A stretch of 64,000 nucleotides of DNA from Octopus vulgaris (taxonomy: Eukaryota): positions 22,382,001 through 22,446,000 of the forward strand of contig OX597825.1 of assembly GCA_951406725.2 (NCBI GenBank), written 5' to 3'. Below, in pieces: positions 13,149 to 30,319 of the stretch. The notes beneath the pieces are model-generated. The model worked only from the letters and a program-made list of their open reading frames with translations. It searched no databases and had not been told where the DNA came from. Both the position numbers and the translations under genes were made by a program. The first letter of the stretch is position 1, and every line of letters begins with the position of its first letter.

Positions 13149-13622
13149 TGATGATGATAAATGCAACAAATGATGAAAGAAGTAATTGTTTATCGCAACA
13201 ACTGCTATAGTTCCACTGATAATAAAAGAGCGAAGATAGGAGCGACTAACCTTTTGATAACACTACATGTAAAAGAAAAAAAAAGTTGGTACTCTACCAG
13301 AGAAATAAGATAGTGATACATGCATACATACATGCATACATACAATCATACATACATACTACAGCAACAACAAAAATAATAATCCTTTATACTATAGGCA
13401 CAAGCCCCTGGATTTTGTGGACATACATATATACAAACAAACATACACATCACATGCACACATAAATATATATATGTATATATACATATAATGTACTGAC
13501 ATGTATATACGTATATACAGTATATGTATGAAAAAATATAGATTATACATTTAATAATTGTAATATATACATATCTATCTAATCGAATCTATATACCTAC
13601 ACACATACACATACACACATTT

Positions 13623-13714
<92 letters not shown>

Positions 13715-14026
13715 ACACACACACATGCATGTGTATGAAAGTGAAAGTAAGATAGACAGAAGGAGAAATAAGTTTCGCAATTTCGCAAAGCAGTAAGAGA
13801 GAGATAGAGAGAGAGACAGAGAAAAGAGAGAAAGAAGAGAAAGAAAGAGAGAACGAAGAGAGAGAGAGAGCGAAAGAAGAGAAAGAGAGAGAGAGAAAGA
13901 GAGAAGAAGAAAGAGCGAGAGAGAGAGAGAGAGAAATAGAAGGAAAGACGTAGTTCGATAAACAGTGAAAGGAGAAGGCGGGAGATATTTTCTAGTTAAA
14001 ACTTCAGTTTCTTTTCTGTTAATCAG

Positions 14027-14112
14027 CTAGTTGCGTTTGCTTACTGCTTACTGCTGTGACAACTATGCGAACACGTTCTCTTTATAACGGCGGCTTTTCT
14101 TCACATCATTAT
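14027..14112 (+). other. Candidate 86-nt exon in a unique-sequence island
   Basis: Acceptor tttcttttctgttaatcag (AG 14025-14026), donor gtaagt at 14113; one open frame SCVCLLLTAVTTMRTRSLYNGGFSSHHY; no homology recognised. Confidence 0.3.
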
Positions 14113-14639
14113 GTAAGTACATACGGCTCGACGACGAGTCCCTATTTACCATCACCTCTCTTGCATGTGCCCTATTAATCTTCGTAACCCTATTCCTCCT
14201 CTTTTCTTTTCTTTATTTCGTTTCTTTTCGCGTTTTTTTTCTTCTCTTCTTCCAAACCTCTCTCACTTTACGTTTCCCTCTCTCTCTCTCTGTTTCTTTC
14301 TTACTTTCTTTCATTCTTTCTTTCATTCTCCCCCCCCTCTCTCTCTCACTCGCTTTCTCTCACTCTCTCTCTCTCTCTCCCTCTCTTCCACTCTCTCTCT
14401 CTAATTTCTCCGAATGATTGCAAATGTGAATTACCAACACCGTTGTTACTATTGTCATATCTAAAAATACCACCACCAGCACCACCACCACCTCCCCAAC
14501 CCCCACCAAAACACCAACATCACTATTGTTAGCATCATCATCAACAACAACTTTACCTTTACATTAAAATCAACATCGCCCCTTCACCTTTTAATCACCA
14601 AAATATTAACACCGACACCGACAACAACAATAAAAATAA

Positions 14640-15760
<1,121 letters not shown>

Positions 15761-16153
15761 TAACGTTTTTATTAGCCACAGGGTTCATGACATTGTGATT
15801 TCTGCCGTCTGTGGCAAAAAACGTTAAGAACAACACAAAGACAAATTATATGGCACCACTTCTTGTAATAAAAGTGGGATTAGCATGGATTAATGGAACG
15901 AAACAATCGAACAATAATAAGACATAAATAAATAGTTAAGAAAATATAGAAGAGCGAAAAAATGTAAGAACTTCAACACGATGGGAGAAGCAACTACGTA
16001 GGGTACAGGACCTCGAAGTATCACTCAGTTATATCTTGAGATAATAAAGGGCTCACTGATTAAAACTACAAAGCGAGGATGTAGATGCATATTGAAGATA
16101 AAATTTGCAGAGAATCCTCACAACGCTATACCATTAAGATATTGAGGAAATAC

Positions 16154-16199
<46 letters not shown>

Positions 16200-16521
16200 G
16201 TCAATGTTAAACTTTATCTCCGTAATGTTAACCATTCTATGAACGTTAGCAACAACTGAATATAGTTTCGGCGCTAGATAACAGCATTGGTAGAATATCA
16301 CGCAAATACTTTGAACGGTATTCTAGCTGTGTCTCTTTGTGTACTAGGTTCGAATCCTGCCGGGTCCACGCCTCCAAGAAGTAGGTGCGAGAGGAGAATT
16401 CGTTTTATATATGTACATATGTATGTATGCATGTATATGTGTGTGTTGTTTATATATGTGTGTGTATATAGATGCCTTTATATATATATATGCATACATA
16501 CGTATATAACGTAAATGTATG

Positions 16522-16609
<88 letters not shown>

Positions 16610-16729
16610 AGTATGTATGTATGTATGTATGTATGTATGATCGATGTATATATGCATGTATGTATATATGTATATTCTTCAAAATGATATTAAAAATAGC
16701 AAATGAAAAGATAGAAATATGTGAGGGAG

Positions 16730-16830
<101 letters not shown>

Positions 16831-17410
16831 TACACATATATCTAGACATACACACGTATACATACATACAGACGTACATACATACATACATACATACATA
16901 CATACATACATACATACATACACACATACATACATACATACATATATATTTCAGACGTACATACATACATACATACATACATACATACATACATACACAC
17001 ATACATACATACATATATATTTCTGAACCTAACACATCCTAACCCACTAAATTCGAATGTTTGTGCCTGTTAGCCATCATCATTGTCTTGTGGACGGTCA
17101 AGGTATAGAGCTGGGGTCAAATTGCTTAGCGGCACTGTTCTGGATCATGACGTCCCGATTTCAAATCCTTCTTATACCAACGTTGCTTTCCTTATGATTT
17201 TCTTAATCATATTCTTATTCCACCAACGTCTTGTAATCAGCTTATCCTTCTCAGCATCACCAGAATCCATCCTCGTAATGGTCAACAGAAACGTCACTGC
17301 TGTCATCGTATAACCATCTTTTTTTTTATTTATTCTTTCTAATCAGCAAACATTAAAAGCGATGACACAGACAATCGTAAAACAGACTCTACCAAAACCG
17401 ATCGCAATAG

Positions 17411-17488
<78 letters not shown>

Positions 17489-17619
17489 TATCATCATCAT
17501 CATCATCATCATTATCGTCGTCGTCATCATCATCATCATCATCGCCAACGTTATTATCATGATCATGATCAAGATCCTGATGACCACCACCACCACCTCC
17601 ATCATCATCATCATCGTCG

Positions 17620-17674
<55 letters not shown>

Positions 17675-17741
17675 TATCACCACCGTTATCATCATTAACG
17701 CCGACGTCGTCATCGCTTGCAGTGATATTAATAACACTATC

Positions 17742-17783
<42 letters not shown>

Positions 17784-17805
17784 GTTGTTGTTACTGTTGT
17801 TGTTA

Positions 17806-18300
17806 TTGAGTGAGCGAACAGTGTATGCCATCAAAGTGGCACAGGGATACGTATGTACGAGGCATGTACATCACGACAGTATGCACGCCCCATGGTCACC
17901 TCACATCGAGATAAGCAGTGCATGACCTTGCAGGTGAAACCCAATTAGAATTTTCTTCAGGTCCAGTAGCCTATGCTGCTCAAATGCTCCCAGACTAAGA
18001 GTTGTTTAAGGATGAACGAAACCCCGTCTTACTTGAGATGAATTACTCAAACTTCAACAAATCCTTCTCAACACATGGCTATGATGCTCCACTTATACCC
18101 ACGCTCGGGATCAGAGATACTAATATCATCAGCCACCAAGGGACATGCACAAGTGCTTAAGGTCAAGAACCTGAGAAACAAACCTGATATTCGGCAGAGT
18201 ATTTGATGTAGCATTTTACAGAGCCAAAACTTGTACTTAGCACTTCCAATCAGTTTAGATTAGAAACCACGAAAGCCACAGTCTGGTATTTCGTTGGGGG
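17806..18300. mobile_element. Interspersed repeat embedded in ATT/AAT tracts, probably a non-LTR element 3' region
   Basis: Complex 500-bp sequence between (ATT)n and (AAT)n that resembles a common octopus repeat I recall; class not established. Confidence 0.45.
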
Positions 18301-18310
18301 ATTTATAAAA

Positions 18311-18371
<61 letters not shown>

Positions 18372-18445
18372 TAATAATAACAATAATACGTATTATTATT
18401 GTTGTTATTATTATTATTATTATCATTATTATTATTATTATTATT

Positions 18446-18658
18446 TTTTTTTACTTGTTTCAGTCATTTGACTGCGGCCATGCTGGAGCACCGCCTTTAG
18501 ATGAAAGAGTACAGCAGGGATCACCACCATCCCCTGCCGGAGCCTCGTGGAGCTTTTAGGTGTTTTCGCTCAATAAACACACACAACGCCCGGTCTGGGA
18601 ATCGAAACCGCGATCCTCCGACCGCAAGTCCGCTGCCCTAACCACTGGGCCATTGCGC
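18446..18658 (-). mobile_element. Chimeric SINE: OR-type head fused to OK-type tail
   Basis: 18503-18658 matches the 5' half of the 63391 family; 18446-18500 matches the tail of the 3021 family; both in the same orientation. Confidence 0.8.
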
Positions 18659-18761
<103 letters not shown>

Positions 18762-18764
18762 TTC

Positions 18765-19810
18765 TGCGAGATGGCAGAATGGTTACCGCGTCGAACAAAA
18801 TGCTTAGATTCATTTGGTTTGTCTTTGCCTTTTGAGATCACATTCCGCATCTGTCGACTTCGCTTTTTTTTACCTTTTCGATATCGAGAAAGCAAGTACC
18901 AGTTGAACACTTGGGTCCATGTAAACCACTTATCCCTCCTTTGAAGCTGTTGGCCTTGTGCCCTATTTTGAAACCATTATTATTATAAGAAGAAGGTGAG
19001 CTGGCAGAATCGTTAGCACGCCGGGCAGAATGCTTAGCGACATTTTATCCATGTGTACGTTCTCAGTTCAAATACCGCCGAGGTCCACTTTGACTTTCAA
19101 TTTTCTGGGTCAATAAAATAAGTAACAACTCAACCCTGGGGTAGATGTGATCGACTCATCACCCCCCTTGATCTTCTTGGTCTTGTGACACAATTTGAAA
19201 CAATTATCATCATCATCACCATCATCATCATTATTATTATTATTATTATTACTTTTTTTTTACTTCTTTCAAATTTTCTTCCATTTCTTGCCGAGTGTCT
19301 TCTATTATTATTATTATTATTATTAATTTGGCGAGGTGGCAGAATCGTTAGCACGCCGGACGAAATGCTTAGCGGCATTTCATCTGTCTTCACGTTCAGG
19401 TTTCGAATGCAGTCGGGGTAGACTTTGCCATTGGTCCTTTCGGGTTCGATAAATTAAGTACCAATTATACATTGTGGTCGATGTAATCAGCTTGTCCCCG
19501 ACCCCAAATTTTCATGCCTTTTGCCGATAGTAGAAAGGTTTATCATTATTATTATTATCATTATTATTATTGTTATTATTATTATCAACAACAACAACAA
19601 CAACAACAACAATAATAATAATAATAATAATAGTAATAATAATCCTTTCTACTAGACACAAGGCCTGAAATTTTGGGGAAGGGATGGTCGATTACATCGA
19701 CCCCAAAGTTTCACTGGTACTTAATTTATTGACTCAGAAAGGATAAATGCCAAAGTCGACCTCAGTGGAATCTGAACTCAGAACGTAGCGACTGGCGCAA
19801 CACCACTTGG

Positions 19811-19894
<84 letters not shown>

Positions 19895-20121
19895 CATTAT
19901 TATTATTATTATTCTATGTTTGACTTTTGCTTTATGTCTGTACAAGTTGGCTCCAAGTCTCACCCAGAGACCTCAAGAGACAACAGGTTGGAAGTTCTGT
20001 GCCATATATTTGGAGGGTTTTTTTTTGGTGTTGTACTAGTGAATGTCTAATACATAAAAAAAATAATAAATACAATTTTTAAAAAATTAAAAAATAAATA
20101 AAATAATTTTTTTTTTTTTTA

Positions 20122-20173
<52 letters not shown>

Positions 20174-20765
20174 TATTATTATTATCGCCGACCTGCTGAG
20201 GTCAGCACTGACTGTTATCCAAGGACCGATAAAATTAAAATCCACATTATCGACTAAACCTCGTTTGCAATTTTTAGTTCTTATACATTTCTCACTAAAA
20301 TAATTATAATTAGCACTTTCCGAAAAGCTGTACAAATACCGCGAAAATTTATTAGTAACTTATTCTTCTGAGATGAAATTCCAGCCAGATTAAATTTGCC
20401 TGTCATGCTACGGTTGCAAATATAAATACAAAAGCTGTCAGAGAATTAGAGTTAATGTAATCGATTGTTTTTAACGGCTTCGATTTCCTTATATTTTGGG
20501 CCTTGTGCCTCTATCTGGAATTTAAGATTTATTATCAATATTTACTGTATTCACAGACGGCGAGATGGTGGAATGCTTAGCACGCCGGGCAGGAAGCTAA
20601 GCGGAATTTCGTGCGTCTTTACGTTCTGATTTCAAATTCTGTGTGCTCGACTTTGCCTTTCATCCCTTTCGTGGGCTATAAAATAAGTACCAGTTCCACA
20701 CTAGAATCCACCAAGTCGATTTGCCCCCGACACCTAAAATGCTAACTTTGTGCCAAAATTTCTTA
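18765..20765. mobile_element. Cluster of Meta-core SINEs (plus copies at about 18765-18975, 18995-19203, 19330-19540, 20557-20765; minus copy at 19643-19810)
   Basis: gagctggcagaatcgttagcacgccggg...acgttct(c/g)agttcaaat...gactttgcc...gataaattaagtacca motifs, each flanked by (ATT)n. Confidence 0.85.
19913..20060 (-). mobile_element. R4/Dong-type LINE 3' UTR with (TAA)n tail
   Basis: rc tctcttgaggtctctgggtgagacttggagcc...aaagtcaaacatag runs directly into (AAT)n; Dong elements are known to target TAA repeats. Confidence 0.5.
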
Positions 20766-20840
20766 CTAATATTTATTGTTTTCCAGTATTTCTTGTGATT
20801 CTGACATATTTCAGACTTATCGTTGCTACATCTGTATGGC

Positions 20841-21201
20841 CTTCTTCTTCTTCTTCTTCTTCTTCTTCTTCTTCTTCTTCTTCTTCTTCTTCTTCTTCTT
20901 CTTCTTCTTCTTCTTCTTCTTCTTCTTCTTCTTCTTCTTCTTCTTCTTCTTTTTCTTCTTCTTCGTCTTTTTCTTCTTCTTTTTCTTCTTCTTCTCCTTC
21001 TTCTCCTTCTTCTTCTTCTTCTTCTTCTTCTTTTTCTTCTTCTTCGTCTTTTTCTTCTTCTTCTTCTTCTTCTTCTCCTTCTTCTCCTTCTTCTTCTTCT
21101 TCTTCTTCTTCGCCTTCTTCTTCGTCTTCTTTTCATTTCTCCTCTTTACCCTTTCCCTCCTTTGATTCCACTTGCTGCTGTTGCTGCTGATGCTGCTGAT
21201 G

Positions 21202-21261
<60 letters not shown>

Positions 21262-21378
21262 ATGCTACTACCACCACTCCTATTATTAGCAGTGGCAGTA
21301 GTAGCCATAGTAGTAGTAGCAGCAGTAGCCACAGCAGTAATAATAGTAGCAGCAGTAGCAGCAGTACTAGTAATAGTG

Positions 21379-21445
<67 letters not shown>

Positions 21446-21813
21446 CACCGGGGCTGCAGCTGCTGTACTTGTTGCTACTACTACTGATTTTATTACCACT
21501 ACGACCACTGCACCTCCAATACTCCTACCTCAACGACTACCAGAAGCACCACCAAACATCCACCACCCCTACCACTAACATCAACGCTACTATTATTACC
21601 ACCACCACTGCCACCACCACTGCTACCACTACTTCTAGTACTAGAAATAGTAGTAGTAATACTACTACTGCTGCTACTGCCACTGCTAATGCTGCCACTG
21701 CATTTCTGCTGCTTTCGATTAGTACTGCAATTTACTAACTCGGCAAGAACAAAAATCACAACCACTACAGCGAGTACAACTAGAGTAGGAAATACTACTG
21801 TTGCTGCTGCTTC

Positions 21814-21886
<73 letters not shown>

Positions 21887-21887
21887 A

Positions 21888-21921
<34 letters not shown>

Positions 21922-21922
21922 C

Positions 21923-21997
<75 letters not shown>

Positions 21998-22013
21998 AAT
22001 GATGATGATGATA

Positions 22014-22072
<59 letters not shown>

Positions 22073-22103
22073 GATGATGATGATGATAATGATGATGATG
22101 ATA

Positions 22104-22192
<89 letters not shown>

Positions 22193-22208
22193 AATGATGA
22201 TGATGATA

Positions 22209-22303
<95 letters not shown>

Positions 22304-22305
22304 GA
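20841..22305. repeat. Compound trinucleotide block: (TTC)n, (CTA)/(CTG), (GTA)n, about 470 bp (GAT)n
   Basis: Direct reading. Confidence 0.95.
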
Positions 22306-22565
22306 TACTACTACTGCAGCTCCTTCTGCTGAAGTTGTTGACGATCTCTGGTCCTTTCTTTTACTACTGTAAATAAAACTACAACCTTTACAGCTACCAA
22401 AACCATCAAAGCACCATCATCCCATCTACAACGGAAACCGCCGCCACCACCACCACCACCACCACTAATTCTCTTTCTTCTACTACTACTGCCACTCCTA
22501 CTGTTAATACTAAAGGAACTACTACTACTATAGTGCTACTACTAATATCACTGTTACTACTGCTT

Positions 22566-22598
<33 letters not shown>

Positions 22599-22689
22599 AT
22601 ACTACTAACACCACTACTACTTCTAATACGACTATCATTATTATTTCTGCAGCTGCTGCTAATTCTTCACTGCATTATTAGTGTACACA

Positions 22690-24353
<1,664 letters not shown>

Positions 24354-24489
24354 ATATATACGTACATACATATAGATTGCTAGACAGACAGACAGACAGA
24401 CAAATGATAGACATACAGATAGATAGATAGATAGATAGATAGATATGGTGAGTCAAACATTTACGTAGACATAAACAGATACGTTGATA

Positions 24490-24650
24490 GGCTCAAGTTG
24501 TGGTAAAGGAGCCCGCTTTGCGATCTTGCGGTTTCAGATACAGTCGTAAAGACGACACCTTTCATATGTGTCTTCTACAATAGACCCTGGCCAACCATCG
24601 CATTGTGACTGAATCTGGTAGTTGGAAACTGTGGAGATGCAACTGTGATA

Positions 24651-24700
<50 letters not shown>

Positions 24701-24862
24701 TGTGTGTGTATGAGCCCCTGCGTGTGTGTGTGCGTATATAAACCACGGTTATATGTATATATAGGTTTACAAAGGATAAATCTTGGGTTTCCTTTGTTCG
24801 ACTAAAGGCAGTACTCCATCATGGCCCTCAGTCAAATGACTGAAACAAGTAAAACAATTAAA
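24490..24862 (+). mobile_element. Degenerate OK-type SINE
   Basis: gtgtcttctacaatagaccctggccaacc, ggtagttggaaactg, internal (TG)n, tail gactaaaggcagtactccatcatggccctcagtcaaatgactgaaacaagtaaaa. Confidence 0.7.
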
Positions 24863-24952
24863 GAACACACACATGCACGAATACGCACAAGCAAACACAC
24901 ACACAAGCTGGCATTTCACGCATATACATACATACATACATATATATATATA

Positions 24953-24995
<43 letters not shown>

Positions 24996-26069
24996 GAATG
25001 TTGTAGGCCATGTTTTTCACACCGTTACCCGAAACCTGTATGTCAGACATTCCTGTGATTGGTGATCCATATTCTTACTAATCTCATCACTCAAGCTTAG
25101 TGATGAGCGTGCTTTAAACTCATCCACATAGTTCTTAATTGTATATGTATGTAAGCATGTGTGCTTGTGTGTGTGTGTGTGTGTGTGTCTGTATGTACGT
25201 GCGTGTGTGTATGTGTGTGTGTGTGTGTTGGTGTATGTGTGTGTCTGTTTATATAGGGTAAAGACCCCTTTGATACTCAATGACTATGGGATTGCATCCA
25301 GAAAGTTCTCCTCCGAGGTACAAGTCCGGGAAACGTTGTTTACGGAAGACTAGCAGTCACCCATGCAAACCAGCTTCCCTTCTCTACATCGAGAAGGGAA
25401 TACCCGCACATTGAATAAAATCACAATTAACTGATCCACCTCTAACTGATCCTCCTGTATTTGCTGTTGCCCATAGCGAGGGCATGTTCAGCATCCACTC
25501 GAATAACATACACATATATATATACACAAACATAGACACTCTCACACATATACATATATCATTTCAATGTTTGTTTGTTGATTTCTATTAAATAACGCTA
25601 GTTTACTGAAACTTTATAGGTACTTTTATAAAATTGGTTCAATCTATTATAATTAGCCTTACATTGTACAGAGTATGTATCGCTCAAGTTTTCAAATAAT
25701 TCATTTCTTTTAGATATTGTATTTTCGATGGACAATCTCTTCTCATTCGCATATATCTCCATCCCTAAATGTGCATTCTACACCTATTTTACAAACTGAA
25801 GCGAAATACAAATGGAAATATGAAACTGAAGACCAAATCTTGATTGAAATCAACGAAAGCTAAATATCATTCATGACGTGGGTAAAAGGTTTAGTCATTC
25901 AGTTTTGTACGGAAACGGCAAAATGTGAGAGGAAATTTCCCTATAGAGATCTCTGTTCAGCATTTTGTAGTTTACTGTCAATCACTGAGACAAGGATATC
26001 GCTTTTCATGACACGAAATATTAGTTGGTCATTTACAACAGTATACGAGTTATCTTTTGTAGCTTTATG

Positions 26070-26129
<60 letters not shown>

Positions 26130-26634
26130 CCTATTTCATTCTCTTTCTGTGTCGATACATACAAAATATATATATATATATATATATATGTATATGTATG
26201 TATGCGGGCAAGTGTGTGTAGAGATATGCACATGTATTTGTGCTAATAAGTTCAATTTTAAGAATTGTACTTATGCATTTCCATTTTTAATGTAATTAGT
26301 ATTCGTGTTATATGGGTTATATGGGTTATATGGGTTCGTGTTATATATGATACACGCTAAACATTACATACATGCACAAATTCACATTCACGTGTATACA
26401 TGATAGGTATGTATGTATGTATGTTTGTATGTATGTATGCATGTATGTATGTATGTATGTATGAATATATATATATATGTATGTATGTAGTAGAGCTGAA
26501 TATATATAGATAAGGTTACACGCAGACATACACTAACACAGATACACACAGATACACGCGGACACACAGAGGAAGAGAAAGAGAGCGAATGAGAAAGAAA
26601 TATATATTCACATTTTTATTGCATGTACGTATAT

Positions 26635-26758
<124 letters not shown>

Positions 26759-26784
26759 AGGGGTGAAAAGGAACACACGAGTTG

Positions 26785-27175
26785 ATATATATGAAAAAAC
26801 AAGTCAAAATAGAAAATGCTAAACTAATTTTTTAAAGAACATTTCAGTACCGGTTTCGGTCATTTTGCGACCTTTTCAACTGTAACGATTAAATAATTAA
26901 ATTTAGAAAAATTAAAAGAAAAGTTTTATTAAAGGAATATTTGTATGGTGTTCAAATTTAATTGGCATTCTGCCTTTCTCTGTCTCCCTTGTTTGCACTT
27001 GTGTGTTCGAGGCCTCTAACACACAAGTGCAAACAAAGGGAGACAGGGAAAGGCAGAATTTAATTATTTAATCGTTACAGTTGAAAAGGTCTCAAAATGA
27101 CCGAAACCTGTACTGAAATGTTCTTTAAAAAATTAGTTTAGCATTTTCTATTTTGACTTGTTTTTTCATATATAT
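26785..27175. mobile_element. Fold-back palindromic element in (TA)n with a hammerhead-like motif in each arm
   Basis: Arms are near-perfect reverse complements around the spacer-less centre gaggcctc (27009-27016); about 68 bp (26900-26968) is present only in the left arm. Confidence 0.9.
27078..27115 (+). ncRNA. Variant minimal hammerhead-like motif (UUGAAAA core); mirror copy at 26845-26882 (-)
   Basis: CAG TTGAAAA GGTC tcaaaat GACC GAAAC c(t/g)GTA CTG: stems I and II pair and stem III is the palindrome ACCGGT in the left copy; the core deviates from CUGANGA. Confidence 0.5.
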
Positions 27176-27269
27176 GTATATATATATACATATGCTTGTA
27201 TGTATGTATGTATGTATGTATGTATGTATGTATGTATGTATATGTATGTATATGTATGTATATGTATTG

Positions 27270-27459
27270 ATAGAAATGGTAAGACAACAAAAGAATGAAA
27301 GAGACCTCGATATTAACTAAATGGAGGAATTTATCTGTAAATATAATATAATATCCGAGCATCGAATGACCGGATGACTGAAGAGATGGCGGCGTGGGTT
27401 TCCGCCAAGACATGAGAAACACGGAGTTACATCATGGCTACCGAATAATTGTCACATAT

Positions 27460-27465
<6 letters not shown>
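27270..27465 (+). mobile_element. (TA)n-flanked element with a hammerhead-like motif at 27373-27433
   Basis: gatga CTGAAGA ga TGGCGG cgtgggttt CCGCCA agacatga GAAAC acgga GTTA catc. Confidence 0.4.
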
Positions 27466-27532
<67 letters not shown>

Positions 27533-27975
27533 GTGTGTGAGTGTGTACATTTTATAGCTGACAGAAACGTTAGCACGCTGAGCGAAAACTATGGCGGTAT
27601 TGCGTCCGTCTTTACGCTCTGAGTTTAAATTCAGCCAAAGCTGACTTTGCCTTTCATCATATCGGAGTCAATAAAATAATTACGAATGAAACTGTGGAGT
27701 CGGTGTAATTGACTAGCACTCTCTCTCTCTCTTCCCTACCATTTCAGGCCTTGTGACTTTACTAGATTATTATCATTAATATGATTATTCGATTTGACTC
27801 GGGTGTGGTCTTATTCCTGGTATTTTCTTGGAACCTGATATCCTGATATATCCACAAGCTTTCCATGATCTTCTTCTTCTTCTTCGTCGTCTTCTTCGTT
27901 TTCTTCTTCTTCTTCTTCTTTCTTCTCTTTCTTCTTTTTCTTCTTCTTCTTCTTCTCTTTCTTCTTCTTCCAGTT

Positions 27976-28067
<92 letters not shown>

Positions 28068-28079
28068 CATCATCATCAT

Positions 28080-28118
<39 letters not shown>

Positions 28119-28809
28119 GTTTACACGACGGATTTTTTTTTAAAATCCATATTAAAATCTGACGACAATCTATCCTGAGGATATTTTTAGATTTGACGGA
28201 ACTGACGTTCTGACCGGATCCAATCGGGCTAACGCCGCAGGCAACTACTTCCGGAGTTTGACGATAGCTGCCGATGAAATAATTACCAATCAAACAATGT
28301 TTTCTATTCAATCGATTATTACTTCCCCTATTAAACTATGCGAGACCTTGTATATTTTATAATTACTTTTCTGTTTTGTGAACTCATTAATTGATTTTGA
28401 AATTCCCTATACGAAGCCTGGAGACTGTAGCAAAGGTAATTTTTTTCCGCTCCAATTATTTAATGAATATCCGCTCCAATTGTTTAATGAAGATATGTTT
28501 AACACTGACGGAAAGAGTCGGTGTGTGTAGGAGTAATGAAAATAGGTGCCTATATGTCGGTAACAAGAACTGGGGGAGACCCCACTTCACCCTCCGTGGC
28601 CTTTGTATGGCCTTAGATTATTGGTGTCCCATATATGACTAATTTTGCATATATTCCAACATCATATATACTTTGTTCGCTTTCATCCCTTTCTATGTAA
28701 GTCTCTCGTTCATCCCTCACCTCTGTGGCTAATAAAAGAAATCCTTCCACACTTCCTGCTTCTAGGTAAAGTACTTACTAGTTAATAGAATCTACTAACG
28801 CCCACCAAT

Positions 28810-30260
28810 TGTAATCGTTATGTTATTCACTAAGATAAACCATTTTGTGTTTGGTGCATTCCCCTGCATACACCAAACGCTAATACTTACAGGTCCCTCC
28901 TTCCGTGTTAACCATAATATTCCTATTATAATTCTTGATGGAGGTGGACTGGCCCATGTTACTGCACAACGAATTGGGTGTTTTAAGAGATGTAACATTC
29001 AGAGACTCCAATGGAGTATTACTCGAGGTTCTGGACAATATTTCTCTAATATTTCATTTACGTCTAAAGGCACCAATAGGCGGAAGAAATATTTGTCGGA
29101 AAGGAGGATATTTTTCTGAAATATGTTGGTAACTGTCATGTGGAAGCACTCCATCGGTTACGACGACGAGGGTTCCGGTTGATCCGATCAACGGAACAGC
29201 CTGCTCGTGAAATTAACGTGTAAGTGGCTGAGCACTCCACAGACACGTGTACCCTTAACGTAGTTCTCGGGGATATTTAACGTGACACAGAGAGTGACAA
29301 GGCCGGTCCTTTGAAATACAGGTACAACAGAAACAGGAAGTAAGATTGAGAGAAAGTTGTGGTGAAAGAGTACATCAGGGATCACCACCATCCCTGCCGG
29401 AGCCTCGTGGAGCTTTTTAGGTGTTTTCTCTCAATAAACACTCACAACGCCCGGTCTGGGAATCGAAACCGCGATCCTACGACCGCGAGTCCGCTGCCCT
29501 AAACACTGGGCCATTGCGCCTCCACAGTAACTGTCATACAACGCTTTCAAAATTCCAACAAAACTTTGGTGCCATTTAACCACAAAAGGAATTCGGTCAT
29601 AAGCTCTTTTCTAACTGCTAAAATCATGTGTTAAAGTTTGATTATCATCACTAATTTCAGCTATGTCATTCGCAATTTCATTTAATCGAGATTCACTATA
29701 AACGTGTTTTACAAAATGGCGCATGAAAGCATTTGCATGTTTCCAAGAATCCACAATGTCTGTGCAAATACGTCTTATCCTCAAAAACTGTGACTTCGAA
29801 TTTGATTTGATTGTATGATGTGGATGATCAGAGCAGCGGTGGAGATAAAAATAGGATGATATGGGTTTGCAAAATAATTTTGTGACTATTCGGTCTTCCG
29901 AAAACTTTACATTTTTGTCCAAAATTTCGACGCTAGTTTTTGAAACGCTCGACGTGAATTTCATTTTCGAATTGAAGCCATAGTTTTCCTAGAAACAGTC
30001 ACAGAATTGTAAAAATTTGACTAAACTATCCTCTGTTCCTTCCCAGACAAAACAGACGTTGTCAAGGAACCGTAACCAGAGTATAGGTTCATGACCATGC
30101 AGGGATTTGAATGTTTCTATTACTTGCATTTCAAAGTTTGTCATGAAGTCGTTTGCGAAATTATCTGCCATAGGGGTACCAATGGGCATCCCTTCGTCTA
30201 ATGGAAATATTTTTTTTCCAAACTTGTGTTTCTTTGTAACACAACTTTCAATAAGTTAAG
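28810..30260 (-). pseudogene. Penelope-like element RT + GIY-YIG endonuclease, decayed (Neptune/Poseidon-like)
   Basis: GTPMADNFANDFM, WLRFLDNVCFVW, YLHRCSDHPHH..SQFLRIRRIC, RIPFVVKWH, PPIGAFRR and TCKY*RLVYAGECTKHKMVYLSE (GIY-YIG start) in correct order; stops and a SINE insertion. Confidence 0.88.
29140..29526 (-). mobile_element. Full-length OR-type tRNA SINE with 11-bp TSD, inside the PLE ORF
   Basis: TSD gtaactgtcat at 29129-29139 and 29527-29537; near-identical to 63391-63776. Confidence 0.92.
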
Positions 30261-30319
30261 TTTTCGGAATGCCTGATCGTCACAGAATTACTTTGCAAAC
30301 ACACGTCATCCTATATTTA

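Noticed and set aside
8825-13169. Long ORFs (up to 262 aa) rich in F/L/S/K/E/H/T/N/I
   Set aside because: Translations of GAA, CAC, AAT and CAT tracts, open in several frames and on both strands; no domain or splice support.
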